Shown here piece after piece: positions 1-12,162 of a DNA stretch of 64,000 nt. The notes under the pieces are model-generated. The model did not search any database. It was not told the origin of the DNA and was given only the letters and a program-made list of their open reading frames with translations. Source of the stretch: Azolla caroliniana. Taxonomy: Eukaryota; Plantae; Polypodiophyta. The position numbers and the translations under genes were made by a program. Numbering within the stretch: position 1 is the stretch's first letter; every line of letters begins with the position of its first letter. The stretch lies in contig JBHGNT010000004.1 of the NCBI GenBank assembly GCA_043228905.1, positions 434,001 to 498,000 on the forward strand, read 5' to 3'.

Positions 1-3000
1 CTCATCGGCTCTGGTTCATTCTCTGCGTTTGCCTCCCCATAGGCTTGTTCGACCCGTCGATAGGTCATTCGCCGTGATCCCGTAGTGCGCGTGCTTCCCG
101 TTGGCCCTTCTTTCGACCACATGCACACTTCCCGTCCCTTCCGATACACGGTGTCCTCCGTCCGAGGAGCACCCGTGATGGCCCTCTTGGCCTCTATCGA
201 CCTTCGCGTCGTCCCGGTTCTCGTTCTGCAGTGATCTCCACCGCCTTCGTCCCCTTTCCGCCTCCTACCTTCTCCTTGGTCTTACGTTGCCACTACGGCC
301 GAACTACCAAGATCTCCGAAACCAGAGTGGAGGTTCCCTCTCTAGCCTTCTGTGCGAGATCACCTGAACCGGCAACCCGTCTTTGCGCCTATATTCCCGC
401 TCTGGCACCTCCGTGTGCCGCGCACCCCCCTTCTCGTGTTCGGCTCTGCCCGTGCCGAACTCTTGTTACTTCCCATGCTCACGTCGTCGGCCCTCGCCCG
501 ACCAGATCGTGCATCGCCGCTTCTCCGCATACTGGTGTCCTCCGCGTCTGAGGAACACCCCGTAGTAGCCCACTTGGCCACTTTCTTCTTGCGCTGCTAC
601 CACCGGTTTGCAACCTTCCGCTTGGCGTCGTCCCCTCGCCCCCACCAGCTTGTTACCTCGGGTTCGGCTTACCACGCCAGTCGTTGCCACTCCGACTGGG
701 CCGCCTAGATCTCCGAAGCGGGTGTGGAGGATCATTCTCCGGCCCTTGATCCTGTTTCCGGTCTCCAATCCGCGTAGTTTGTTACGCGCCCGTGCTCTCG
801 TTCCCGACACCTCCGTGTGCCGTCTTCCGCCTTCCTTGTTCAGCACCGCCTGTGCCGAACACCGTCCCCTACTCGTGCTTCGCTTTGGCCCTTGATGGCC
901 ACTCGCACGTCTTCCGATCCGCTCTCGGGTGTGCCCTTTTCGGCTCGGCCCACCGCTCCTTGACCGGGTGTCCCCAACAGCTTACCGGAAGATCACCCTT
1001 GTCGTATTCTGGCCTGCATGGCCTCCTTTGTTCGCGTGACACCTCGGTTATTCGGTGCTTCTGCTGTTGCCGCCTTCGTCCCCTTGCCGCCACCTTCCAT
1101 TACCCTTGGTCTCACGTTGCCACGTCGGCCGAACTGCGAGGGTCTCCCGACAAGTGTGAAGGATCCTTCTTGGGCCTCCGATTTGTTGGGTCACCGACTC
1201 GTGTACCGAGCGTGTTCAATCTTTGTCTTGCCATCTCTACCGGTCTGGTTCGTATCCGGTTCGTGGTCGCGTCGCCGGCCTGATACCTCTTTCCACTCTT
1301 TCGGCTCTTGCTTTGTCGGATCCCGTTCACCTGCCACCTCCGCCCTTCTCTCTAGGTCTCACGTTGGCTCTTGGGCGAACTGGTAGAGTCTCTGGATCAG
1401 TGTGAGGATCGCCGTAGGATCGCCCATCCGCACTTCCCGCATCGCCGGTTCCCGTTTCCTGTCACCACCATCCTTCTCACTCGGTCTCACATTGCCATGT
1501 CGGCTTGAACTGCCGGTGTCTCCGGATCAGTGTGAGGACCCCAGAGGACCGTCTTCCGCACTTCTATGCCATATCTTGGGATCCCGTTCACCCGCTGCCA
1601 CCATCCATCTCTCTAGGTCTCACGCCGGCTCTCGGGCCGACCGTCGGAGTCTCCGGATCGGTGTGAGGATCGTCGTTGGATCGACCCATCGCTTCCTTTG
1701 CCCTCGTCCCCTTTCAGCCACCATCAGTCTCTTGGTCTTACGTCGGCCCCGTTCCCGACCACCGAAGTCTCTAGATCTGGTGTGAAGGATCCTCCTCGGG
1801 CCCTTAATTTGTCTTCCCAACCCTGTCCTGGGCCGTCCTTCTCCGCATGCCGAGAGGGTGGCTCGCTCCACACCACCTCCCGTGGTACCAATGTACCGTG
1901 TTCCCGGCCTCCCTATAGGCTTGTTTCTTCTTCCCTTCGAGATCGGTTATCCGGAAGTCCGCTTCGCCTGGTTCTCGTCCGGGTCCGTCCGTCACTCCAC
2001 ATTGCTAGGTCCCGTTCTCCTGCCGCCACCGTCAGTATCTTGGTCTTACGTCGAATCCGATGCCGACTGCCGAAGTCTCTAGATCCGGTGTGAGGACCCC
2101 ATAGGACCGTTCTTCATTTGTCGCTTCCGGATCGGTTGTATTGGCCGTGACCTCCGCATCCTCGCCGCCACTTTCCGTCTATTAGGTCTTCTGTTGGTTC
2201 TCGGACGTAACCACATATGTCTCAGGAACAAGTGTGGAGAACCCATACTTCAGTCAACCGCCTCTTTCGTTCCTCCCTGCCGCCATCGACCTCCTTCCTT
2301 GTGCTTCCCCACCATCTCCCTTCTCTTTCCATCTTAGGTTGCCACATTGGCCGAATTGCCGAAGTCTCCGTTCAAGACGTGGGGATACCGATTTCGTAAC
2401 AACTCCCGACGACTTGTCCCAGGCCACCGACCCTTTTAGTGGTGTCGATGGAAAGCATCCGCTCTATGATCGATCAAGCCCCGCCTGGGCTTGATTCTCC
2501 AATATTCGGAGTTTCGGCGCCGATGTCGATCTTGCCGGACTCGTTTTGTACTCTCGATCATCTTCCTCCCGATTCCCGACCTTCTCCCGGTCAGTCTTTC
2601 TCCCCATGTAAAAGAGGCCGGCTCGTCCCGCACCCTCTCCTGTATTGGCACCTTCATACCGAACCTTATCCCTGTCGAACGATCCACATCCGGATCGTGC
2701 TCCACCCGAATCAAAACGCCAACCAATTCGATCCCCGATCGGGTCGACTTCCGATTCCGCTCCCTTTGGCGCCGGCTCTCATTTCCTCTTTCTTCTCCGC
2801 CGCGGCTCCGTCCTCGACCTCCTCGTAGGCCGTTTCCCATCCTTCTTCGCTGGCATCGTGCCAGGACTCCTCGTTGGCGCCTTCCATCTCTCCGGTCTTA
2901 TGCCGGCACATGGGCTCGACTACCGACGTCTCTGAAATCTGCGTGGAGGGCTCTTCTCCACTCCCGACCTCCACCTTGTCCGGTCTTTCTCCGCAAGTCG

Positions 3001-3037
3001 AGAGGGCGTCTCGCTCCACACCCTCTCCCGTGGTACC

Positions 3038-3503
3038 TGTTAAGAAAATGTGAAGAAGGCACTCGAGCTCTTCTTATGTGCGCGGCGGATCGTAGTGTGC
3101 TGGATCGTTAGCGTGCTCTAAACAGACAGAGAAAGGAAAGGGGACTTACCTCTATAGTAGCAAAATGGTTTTCTTCTATTACATGTAGAGCTCAACTTGC
3201 TCTCGTCAGTCTTCTGGTCTCTCACACTCTCTCAGAGTTCTCTACTCACTATTCTCTGTTTTTTCTTACTACTTACTTCCTATTCACTCTCACTTACTTT
3301 TACCTAAGTCATAAGTTATTACACATGCAGCTAATTAGCTGCCAGTAGCTAATTAGCTGTCAGTCGCTAAATAGCTGTTCACTAGCTAATTAGCTGTCAC
3401 TAGCTAAATAGCTGTTTTACCTTTTTGTTCACTAGTAGCTAAATAGCTACTATAGCTTATTTCTCATAAGCATCACATACCATGTTGAGCTTGCTTCTCA
3501 ACA
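3038..3503 (-). repeat. 3' LTR of copia A
   Basis: Direct repeat of 8009-8474; adjacent to PPT at 3504-3515 (CTTGAGGGGGAG on minus strand). Confidence 0.95.
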
Positions 3504-3543
3504 CTCCCCCTCAAGCTCAACTTATTCTTGCTTGAGGCTCTCT

Positions 3544-6500
3544 TCAATCTTCTTTTCCATTTTGCCTTTTAGCCATCTCATCAATGTTTACAACTCCCAT
3601 CATGTTCCGAAACTGTGTATGCTTTTCCACACTCAATCCCTTTGTGAGAATATCAGCAACCTGCTGATTTGTATTCACATACACCAGATCAACTTCTCCT
3701 TCAATCACTTTTTCTCTAACAAAGTGATAATGCACTTCAATGTGCTTTGTTCTTGCATGGAACACAGGGTTCTTTGCAAGTTGAATGCTGCTCATGTTGT
3801 CACACCAGATTGTGACAGTACCGTCTATATACTCTCCCAAATCAGCAAGCAATCTTCTAATCCATACCTCTTCACAAGTGGCTATGGCAGCTCCTCTGTA
3901 CTCAGCTTCAGTACTAGACAGTGCAACAGTAGCCTGTTTCTTGCTACTCCATGAAATACCTGCACTTCCCAATGTAAAGATATATCCACTTGTGGATCTC
4001 CTGTCTGTTTGGCTTCCAGCCCAATCAGCATCTGTATATCCTTCCAGATTTATGTCCAAATCAGCCCTGTAAAACAATCCATAGTTCTGAGTAGCTTTTA
4101 CATACCTCAGAATTCTTCTAATGCAGTCCAAATGTGGCTTTGTTGGCTGTTGCATAAACTGGCTGACTAATCCAACAGCATAGCTCAAATCAGGTCTTGT
4201 TATAGTCAAATAAATAAGGCTGCCCACCATAGACCTGTACATGTTTACATCTTCTATCTTGGCTCCCAAATCAGCCCTCAACTTGCAGTTTTTATCAAGT
4301 GGTACAGCAATAGGTTTGCATCCAAGCATACCATACTTTTTCAACATAGTTGTTGCATACTGTTTTTGCAACATACATATACCACTTTCAGATCTGATGA
4401 TTTCAATACCAAGAAAATATCTCAGATCTCCCAAATCTTTCATATGAAACTGCATTTCCAGATTTTTTTTCAACTTTCTTATTTCATCCACGGAATCTCC
4501 TCCAATAATCAAATCATCTACATAAATCAGAATAATAACAATGCAATCATTTTCACTTTTTACATACAAAGAAGGATCAGCTTTTGACATTTTGAAACCA
4601 AGATTTTTCAGAGAATCTGAAAGTTCTCTGTGCCATGCTCTTGGTGCCTGTTTCAGTCCATAGAGAGCTTTTTTCAGCTTACATACATAATCAAGTTGTT
4701 TCTTATCTTCAAAACCTGGTGGTTGACTCATATACACTTCTTCTTCCAAGTTACCATGTAAAAAAGCATTTTTTACATCCATGTGATGCAAAATCCATTT
4801 TCTGGCTGCTCCTACAGCAAGTAGTGTTCTCAGGGTTGCCATCTTTGCAACCGGTGCAAAAGTCTCATCATAATCAATCCCTTGCATCTGAGCATATCCT
4901 TTTGCAACCAATCTTGCTTTATGTCTACTTACATTTCCATTGGAGTCATGCTTTGTCTTGTAGACCCATTTGCAGCCTACCACATTTTTCTCTTTTGGTA
5001 ACTTCACTAAATCCCACGTTTTGTTCTCAGCCAATGCATCAATCTCTTCTTGCATTGCATCCATCCATTTCTTCTCAGATTTTGCTTCTTCAAAGCTGTT
5101 TGGGTCAGGGATCTGTACCACCTTAGACATATATGCATAGTGCATAGCCATATATGTATCATACCCAAATCTTTCCACAGTCTTTTTCTCTCTATCTGAT
5201 CTTCTCAGTTTCTGATTTGCATTCTTTATTGCCTTTTCCATACCAGGGATTTTCATTTCCTGTATTCCAAGGAAATCATCCAAAGACATATCTGAATCTT
5301 CATCTTCCATGTTTTTTGATAGGTCATCCGGGATTTCATACTCTGGCATTTTCTGTTTTCCTTTTTTGTCATCAGATTTTTTCTGTCCAGTTTTTCCACT
5401 CCATGAATTTGAATCAGATTTACCATCTGAGCTTTTTGATGGTCCAGAACATTCTGTTGATGTTGGACTTTGCTGTCCAACCTTGTCTCCATCTCTGTGA
5501 CAGTCTTCTACATTTTCTGATCTGTCTTTGTCTTCATTTTGACAGTCTTCATCAGTCTCTAGATCCTGTTTTGGGCTGTACCAACTAGCCAACTCATCAA
5601 ATATCACATCTCGACTTGTCACAATCTTTTTAGTCACAGGGTTATAACATCTGTACCCTTTTTGTTCTTCTGAATATCCAACAAGGATACATTTTTCTGC
5701 TTTTGGATCCAACTTACTTCTTACTTCTGCAGGCACATGTACATATGCAAGGCATCCAAACACTTTCAAGTGTTGTAAGCTAGGCTTCCTGCCATAAAAA
5801 CACTCTTCAGGAGTTGCCTCATGTACTCCTGATGTAATACATCTATTTAAAATGTAATTTGCTGTATTTACAGCTTCTGCCCAATAGTATAATGGCATGT
5901 TCTTCTCAGTCATCATTGCCCTTGCTATGTTCACCAAAGTTCTGTTTTTCCTCTCAGCAACTCCATTTTGCTGTGGAGTATATCGGCATGTGAACTGTCT
6001 TCTTATTCCCTGATTACACAAAAAATCAGAAAATTCATTGGAGAAATACTCTCCTCCTCCATCAGATCTCAAACATTTTATCCTTGTACCAGCCTGCTTT
6101 TCTACCATGCATTTAAACTTACGAAAGTAGTCAAATACTTCACTTTTCTCCTTCATGAAGTACACCCATGTCTTCCGTGAACAATCATCAATAAATGTAA
6201 CATAAAATCTGCATCCACCAATAGATGCATTCTTTGTTGGTCCCCATACATCTGTATGTACCAAATCCAACAGATTTTTGCTTACATGTCTTTCATGAGG
6301 GAATGGCAACCTGTTTTGCTTACCATATTGACATGTTTCACATACTTTTCCCATTTCACACTTTTTCAAGTTTGGCAGTCCAGCCACTGCATCTTTTCTC
6401 AACATATTCTTTAATGTTTGCATACTTATATGGCCAATCCTTTTATGCCACATTTCTACATCTGAGATTACACTCGTTCCATTTGCAAACATGGCTGAAA

Positions 6501-7869
6501 TCTGTTTGGGCATTTCTACATCCAAGATAAACATTCTTCCTTGTCTCTTCCCTTTTGCAATGAGCTTTCCATTCTTTTCTATATAGCATCCACTTTGCTT
6601 AAACTTCACTTGAATACCTTGCTCTACAATCTGTCCAACAGAAATCAGATTCTTAGCAAGGTTTGGAACATGCATCACATTCAACATATACTTGGTTTTT
6701 CCTCTTTCTTCCCACAATGGGATATCTCCAACATGTTTTATTTGGTGAGTTGTGTCATCACCTGTTTGTACATAACCAGGAACCTCTGGTTCTCTTAAAC
6801 TCTCAAACCAATTTGCATGTCCAATCATATGGTTAGATGCCCCCGAGTCTACATACCACGTAAACTCTTCATTACATTTCTGTGAGCTTTCAGCCACTGC
6901 TGCTATCTCATGTTTCACTACAAAAACACCTTCCTTTTCACAATCTTCATTAGTAGAGGCATAGTTACTCTGTTGTCCTTTTCCTCTTTTCTCATCATTT
7001 TGTTTCTTGTAACATTCAGCCTGTGTATGGCCTGGTTTACCACAATACCAGCAGCCATCATCATTTACATAAGTTTGCTTACCTCTACCTCGGTTGCTCC
7101 CCCTGCCTCTGTTGTTGTTTCCTCCTCTATGAGCTTGTTGTCCTCTTCCTTGAAAGCCATTATTATTGGTTCTTCCTGAGCCAAATCTTCCATGGCCTCT
7201 TCCTCGGCCTCTTCCGGCATTATTATAGAGGGCTTGCCCCTCGTTCTCTGAGTTTCCTTTATTTGCATCATCCATCTGATTCCTTTCCTCTACCACAAGC
7301 ATTGAGACCAGATCTGAAAAACTTGGGATACTATCCCTTGTGAGCATAGAAGTTTTAAAACTCTTGTATTGAGGTCCTAAGCCTCTTAAGCATATTTCCA
7401 CTTTGTCATCATCTTCTATCTTCACATTGATAGAAGCAAGTGATTCACATATACTCTTGATTTTTAGGGCATACTCATTTATTGACATCTTACCTTTTTC
7501 TAAGGTATTTAGCTCAGTCTTCAACTGTAGCTTTCTAGCTTTTGTGTTTACTGCAAACAGTTTTACCAAACTGTCCCAAGCTTCTTTTGGGAGCATAGCA
7601 TCCTGTATGTGCCCAAGCATCGAATCTGAGATGCTAAGTGAGAGCCAATGCATTACCTTCCTTGCCCCTTGATTCCAATCTTTGAATGCTTTAATCTGTG
7701 CTGCTGTGGCATTTTCTTCTGGGATCTCCGGAGCCTCTTCTAGGTCTCCTTCAATGTAATCCCAGTATCCTTTCCCCATTAGGAAATTTGTCATTCTAAA
7801 TTTCCACGCCGGGAAATTGTTTTTATCTAGTTTCTCTGTAACTATTTGGCCCGCATTCTCTGCAGCCAT
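3544..7869 (-). CDS. Copia Gag-Pol polyprotein (Gag, CCHC knuckle, protease, integrase, RT, RNase H)
   Basis: Open frame of ~1440 aa from ATG 7869; motifs CWYCGKPGHTQAEC, WYVDSGASNHM, WHKRIGH..CETC, HTDVWGP/RSDGGGEY/QNGVAER, YGLKQAPRAW, YVDD, YTDADWAG, ADILTK in copia order. Confidence 0.96.
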   Translation of the reverse strand: MAAENAGQIVTEKLDKNNFPAWKFRMTNFLMGKGYWDYIEGDLEEAPEIPEENATAAQIKAFKDWNQGARKVMHWLSLSISDSMLGHIQDAMLPKEAWDSLVKLFAVNTKARKLQLKTELNTLEKGKMSINEYALKIKSICESLASINVKIEDDDKVEICLRGLGPQYKSFKTSMLTRDSIPSFSDLVSMLVVEERNQMDDANKGNSENEGQALYNNAGRGRGRGHGRFGSGRTNNNGFQGRGQQAHRGGNNNRGRGSNRGRGKQTYVNDDGCWYCGKPGHTQAECYKKQNDEKRGKGQQSNYASTNEDCEKEGVFVVKHEIAAVAESSQKCNEEFTWYVDSGASNHMIGHANWFESLREPEVPGYVQTGDDTTHQIKHVGDIPLWEERGKTKYMLNVMHVPNLAKNLISVGQIVEQGIQVKFKQSGCYIEKNGKLIAKGKRQGRMFILDVEMPKQISAMFANGTSVISDVEMWHKRIGHISMQTLKNMLRKDAVAGLPNLKKCEMGKVCETCQYGKQNRLPFPHERHVSKNLLDLVHTDVWGPTKNASIGGCRFYVTFIDDCSRKTWVYFMKEKSEVFDYFRKFKCMVEKQAGTRIKCLRSDGGGEYFSNEFSDFLCNQGIRRQFTCRYTPQQNGVAERKNRTLVNIARAMMTEKNMPLYYWAEAVNTANYILNRCITSGVHEATPEECFYGRKPSLQHLKVFGCLAYVHVPAEVRSKLDPKAEKCILVGYSEEQKGYRCYNPVTKKIVTSRDVIFDELASWYSPKQDLETDEDCQNEDKDRSENVEDCHRDGDKVGQQSPTSTECSGPSKSSDGKSDSNSWSGKTGQKKSDDKKGKQKMPEYEIPDDLSKNMEDEDSDMSLDDFLGIQEMKIPGMEKAIKNANQKLRRSDREKKTVERFGYDTYMAMHYAYMSKVVQIPDPNSFEEAKSEKKWMDAMQEEIDALAENKTWDLVKLPKEKNVVGCKWVYKTKHDSNGNVSRHKARLVAKGYAQMQGIDYDETFAPVAKMATLRTLLAVGAARKWILHHMDVKNAFLHGNLEEEVYMSQPPGFEDKKQLDYVCKLKKALYGLKQAPRAWHRELSDSLKNLGFKMSKADPSLYVKSENDCIVIILIYVDDLIIGGDSVDEIRKLKKNLEMQFHMKDLGDLRYFLGIEIIRSESGICMLQKQYATTMLKKYGMLGCKPIAVPLDKNCKLRADLGAKIEDVNMYRSMVGSLIYLTITRPDLSYAVGLVSQFMQQPTKPHLDCIRRILRYVKATQNYGLFYRADLDINLEGYTDADWAGSQTDRRSTSGYIFTLGSAGISWSSKKQATVALSSTEAEYRGAAIATCEEVWIRRLLADLGEYIDGTVTIWCDNMSSIQLAKNPVFHARTKHIEVHYHFVREKVIEGEVDLVYVNTNQQVADILTKGLSVEKHTQFRNMMGVVNIDEMAKRQNGKED

Positions 7870-7996
7870 TATCTCTTCCAAACTAGGTTTTCTGTTACAA
7901 TTACTTCAACAAGTAACTTTCTGATTCAGATCAGCAAACAGAGAAATACCTTTCTCAGATCTATGCACTTTTATACTCTTCTTTATGAGCAACTCT

Positions 7997-8008
7997 GCTC
8001 TGATACCA
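7997..8008 (-). promoter_or_regulatory. Primer binding site, tRNA-iMet
   Basis: TGGTATCAGAGC directly after the 5' LTR. Confidence 0.92.
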
Positions 8009-8474
8009 TGTTAAGAAAACGTGAAGAAGGCACTCGAGCTCTTCTTATGTGCGCGGCGGATCGTAGTGTGCTGGATCGTTAGCGTGCTCTAAACAGACAG
8101 AGAAAGGAAAGGGGACTTACCTCTATAGTAGCAAAATGGTTTTCGTCTATTACATGTAGAGCTCAACTTGCTCTCGTCAGTCTTCTGGTCTCTCACACTC
8201 TCTCAGAGTTCTCTACTCACTATTCTCTGTTTTTTCTTACTACTTACTTCCTATTCACTCTCACTTACTTTTACCTAAGTCATAAGTTATTACACATGCA
8301 GCTAATTAGCTGCCAGTAGCTAATTAGCTGTCAGTCGCTAAATAGCTGTTCACTAGCTAATTAGCTGTCACTAGCTAAATAGCTGTTTTACCTTTTTGTT
8401 CACTAGTAGCTAAATAGCTACTATAGCTTATTTCTCATAAGCATCACATACCATGTTGAGCTTGCTTCTCAACA
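8009..8474 (-). repeat. 5' LTR of copia A
   Basis: Direct repeat of 3038-3503; immediately followed on minus strand by PBS. Confidence 0.95.
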
Positions 8475-8479
8475 GTACC

Positions 8480-9186
8480 GACGTACCATTCCTTGGCCTC
8501 TGCCTGGGCCTTGTCCGCCTTGTCCGGAAGGCCAACTTGCTCAGAGTCTTCGGAATCCGTCCGCGTGTCGGACCTCTCTTCTTCTTCAATCATCGCCTTC
8601 AGAGCCTCGTAGGCTTCCCGGACCAAGGCTTTGACATCGAGCTTCACCGATCCTTCTTGTTGTGTGCCCGCTTCCTGCCGTGATGACACGCCGTCGCACG
8701 TTATCTTCCTTTTTCCTTTCGCGGACTGCTCCTCGTCCAACTGTCGGCATACTCGTTCGACTTCCAACCAGTCCTCGGTAAGGCCATTCGCTCCGTCATC
8801 GTCTTTGAGCTCAATCCCAATGGCCTCCCGTTCCTCTCGGTCAATCGACCTAACGAACAATAGGACTTTGTCCGCCCCCACCAGACTTTGCTCCCGCTCC
8901 AGGAGCCAAGCAAGCCGTTGCTCGAACTCTCGGAACGCCTTCGTTGCGCCCCGGTGGGTCTTCGCCGATGCAACCCACCCGTCGAAGTCGCGTCTTCCCC
9001 GGCTCCTCCACCGTCCTCCATATGCCTGCAGGAGAGCCTCTTCGAAGGCCTCCCACGAACTATGAGCCTGCTCCTTCACTTCCGCATGCATACGGACGGC
9101 GATGATCCGACAGAAGAGCCTTGTCTACGTCTCGCACCTCCATTTCTGTGTTGTAGGCTTCCAAGTAGAATGGGACTTTGTCCCCG
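8480..9186 (-). pseudogene. gag: Gag N-terminal (capsid-like) fragment of element L, 5' truncated at the LINE junction, continues at 3037 downward
   Basis: HAEVKE..SWEAFEEALLQAYG..KVLLFVRSID..DGANGLTEDW aligns by eye with Gag of F (HAEVLE..TWEEFEGRLLEKYG..RVLLFVKSVD..DGLTTDW). Confidence 0.7.
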
Positions 9187-11917
9187 TAAGAATTTGATTG
9201 GGCCAGAGTTGATTAGTAATTAGGATGTCTTGAAAGCACGACAAGAGTTCAAATGTTGTACAAATTAAGATAGGGGATGACATTGTTGTTGACCCAGTCA
9301 AGGTTATTGATTTATGTGTTACTCATTTTAAGAATTTGATTAGGCCAGAGTTGATTATTAATGAGGATGTCTTGAAAGCACGACAAGAGTTTTATAATGT
9401 AATTGGGAGTGCTGTGAATACAAATATTTGTCAAGAATTGGATGCTGATTTTGAAGAAGTTGAGGTGGAAAAGGTATTGTTACACCTTCCAAATGGTAAA
9501 AGCCCTTGCTAGGATGGTGTTACAAATGAAGTTTTTAAGAAGTATGTTAGCATGCTTAAGCGTCCATTCATACAAATGTTTCAACAATGTTGGGATTCTG
9601 GTTTCATGCTTGAGAGCTGGAAGGTGGGCTTAATCAAATTGATACCAAAGGTACCATCTCCGGAGTCATTTCATCAATGGAGGCCTATTTCATTGATGGG
9701 AGGGTTGTACAAAGTGTTTGCAAAGATATTATCCAACAGTCTTAAGAAGTTCTTACCTCAAGTTATTCATCCATCTCAATATGGTTTTATTACAGGTAGA
9801 AATATATTGCATAATGTTTTGAAAGTTCAAATGGCGACCGATTATGCTCGGCATACACATCAAGAAATGATTATGGTGCAATTAGATTTGGAAAAAGCAT
9901 ATGATCATGTTAATTGGTCTTTCGTCTCAGGTGTGATGTATAATATGGGGTTTGGTCCTCGTATGTGTCGACTTATCTTTTTGCTAGGGCAAAATGCAAC
10001 CTCCCATGTGTTGCTTAATGGTGGAGTCACTCCGAAAGTGTTTCTTACTAGATCCGTGCGGCAAGGATGTCCACTAAGCCCATTGTTATTTGTTGTTGTT
10101 ACACATCCTATATTAGTAATGTTGTCAAATCTTGGGGCCAATGGTGATATTGTGGGTTTGTATCTTCCTTTTGGTGGACAATTGGTGGCACAAGCATTGG
10201 CAGATGATTCTTTTATGTTTTTACAAGCCTCAAAAGAAAATCTTAAAAGGAGTATGCAAGTTTGGGATCAATTTTCTTTGGCTTCAGGGTAGTATATAAA
10301 TTGGAGGAAGTCTTACCTTATTTCTTGTACGGAGAGTGATTTGGAATGTTTGGGATGGCAAGGGTCAGTGATTACACGAGGTTCAATTTATCGACATTTG
10401 GGTTATCCATTAGGCATTGATGTTACAAATGTTCAATTGATTGACTGGATTGGTTGTAAATTGAGGGACAAATTTATGTATTGGAAGTCTCAATTATGGC
10501 CCTTTCATGTACGACTCAAAGTGGTGTAATGTATCTTGATGCCCATGTTATTATATTTTTTGCCTTTACTTCCTTGGACTAAGAAGGCATTACAAAGCAT
10601 GTTACAACCTATTCGGTTCATGTTGTGGCAAAAGGGAGAAATGATGGGAGTTACATGGATTTCATGGGACCATTTGGCTACTCCTAAAAGGTTAGGTGGT
10701 GCTACAATATTGGATTTGGAAAGGCATTTGATGGCTCATAGATTTACATTATTACAAGATATATGTCAACAAGATCAACCATGGATATCTATGATGCAAT
10801 ATTTTATTGAGCATGAAGGATTGGTGCATGGGAAAACAAAGATTCAAGCATCATGGTGGTCACTACTAAATGGAAGTATTCCTCTAAAGATTTGACATTC
10901 TGTATGTGGACAATGTTTGGTAAGATCGTGGCAAGATGCATTATCTCTTTTTGAATGGGGACCATCTAGTGATCGAGAATATTATAATTCATTACAAAAC
11001 AAATTGCTTGTTTCTTCTCGAGTGTTGTTTTCGCATGGGAAAGAGAAGTTAAGATCTCAATTCAATCGTTTATTTCGATTGGGGATTGTACATTTGGAAG
11101 ATGTGGTTGATAATGAATCTCAAAGGTTGTCGGATATTGAAGATGCCAAGAGATGGTTATGTATCCCCCCAAATTATGGATTTATTTGGGAGAAATTGCA
11201 TGATATACCATTGTTGCAAGGATCTTTGCCATTGAAAACCAATTTTGCACCTTGGGTAGATTGGCGGTTACAAGATGGTACACGCTTGTTACAGGTCACT
11301 ACAAATATATTGTATCATCATGCGATGGCATCATTATCTTGGCTATCTCCTAAAGCAATGAAGTTGTGGAATTTATATAAGTCAGATGCAAGGTGATGGA
11401 AAATATTACAACGTGGTTGGCATTCCCATCTACCATTTCGTGCAAAGGTATTCATATGGAGAGTCCTAATTGGTGGGCCCATTAGGTTCGTCTTTAAAGA
11501 GACGAGGACTAGGGTCTGGCACTTGTTTCTTTTGCAGTTCCATTGGAGGATAGTACACATAGGTTCATTAAATGTCCTATAGCGTGTACCATTTGGAAGT
11601 ACGTATCAGACATTTGGCAAGTTTTAACCCGTTGTTGTTTGAGACCTCAACAATGGGTTTTTTCTCAATATGTTCAAAATGGATCAAATGATGAGATGGA
11701 GATATTATTCCAATTTTTGCGTTATTGGGGTCTACAATGCTTTCATGTGCGTAATGCTTTCATGTTTGATAATAGACATGGAGTGAAAGCCTATATAAAG
11801 GAGCTTAAAGGTATTCTCATGTGGAAATTTTGGATGTTAGAGCATGTGAAGATCATTTCCTCAAATGCATATTCAGGTTTTTTAGTAGCATTACAGAATG
11901 TCCCTCTCCCTACATAG
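9187..11917 (+). mobile_element. Decayed, 5'-truncated L1-type LINE ORF2 (RT plus C-terminal zinc-binding region), multiple stops/frameshifts
   Basis: WRPISLMGGLYK, QYGFITGRNILHN, LDLEKAYDHVNW, VRQGCPLSPLLF, LADD, YRHLGYPLG, KRLGGATILDL, EDSTHRFIKCPIACTIW spread across ORFs 9552..11917. Confidence 0.88.
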
Positions 11918-12000
11918 GCATATGATAGGTAGAGGAGACTGAGAAGTGTTGTAACTAAGTGGATTTTACATACAATTAATATAATTGTGTGTTTTTACCA

Positions 12001-12001
<1 letters not shown>

Positions 12002-12039
<38 letters not shown>
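12002..12039 (+). repeat. (GA)n microsatellite
   Basis: Directly visible run. Confidence 0.9.
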
Positions 12040-12042
<3 letters not shown>

Positions 12043-12045
12043 AGA

Positions 12046-12115
12046 TGGATGTAGCTCAGTTGGTAAGGTTGCCCAATGGAGACAAGGTGGTCATGGGTTC
12101 AACCCCTATATTCCA
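12046..12115 (+). other. tRNA-like head (SINE-type or tRNA pseudogene)
   Basis: A box TAGCTCAGTTGG (12052-12063), B box GGTTCAACCCC (12096-12106), ends TGGA../..TCCA can pair; no clean anticodon arm. Confidence 0.55.
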
Positions 12116-12162
12116 TAGTGGCATCTAGTGAATTAAGAGATATATAAGAAGTATATAATTGA

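Larger units (their letters stand above)
3038..8474 (-). mobile_element. Element A: full-length, apparently intact Ty1/copia LTR retrotransposon (5437 bp)
   Basis: Two 466-bp TG..CA LTRs with 2 visible substitutions, 5-bp TSD GTACC (3033-3037 / 8475-8479), PBS, PPT, single uninterrupted gag-pol ORF. Confidence 0.97.
1..9186 (-). mobile_element. Element L: internal region of a pol-less, Gag-only Ty3/gypsy derivative, split by copia A; both LTRs outside the window or lost
   Basis: 1-3037 is the reverse-complement homologue of 27086-29200 (e.g. 2601-2660 vs 27330-27400); 8480-9186 encodes the same Gag N-terminal region as ORF 18061..19092; removing A and one GTACC restores GGTACGTCGGTACCACGGGAGAGGG as seen at 27653; no RT/IN motifs. 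Confidence 0.75.
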
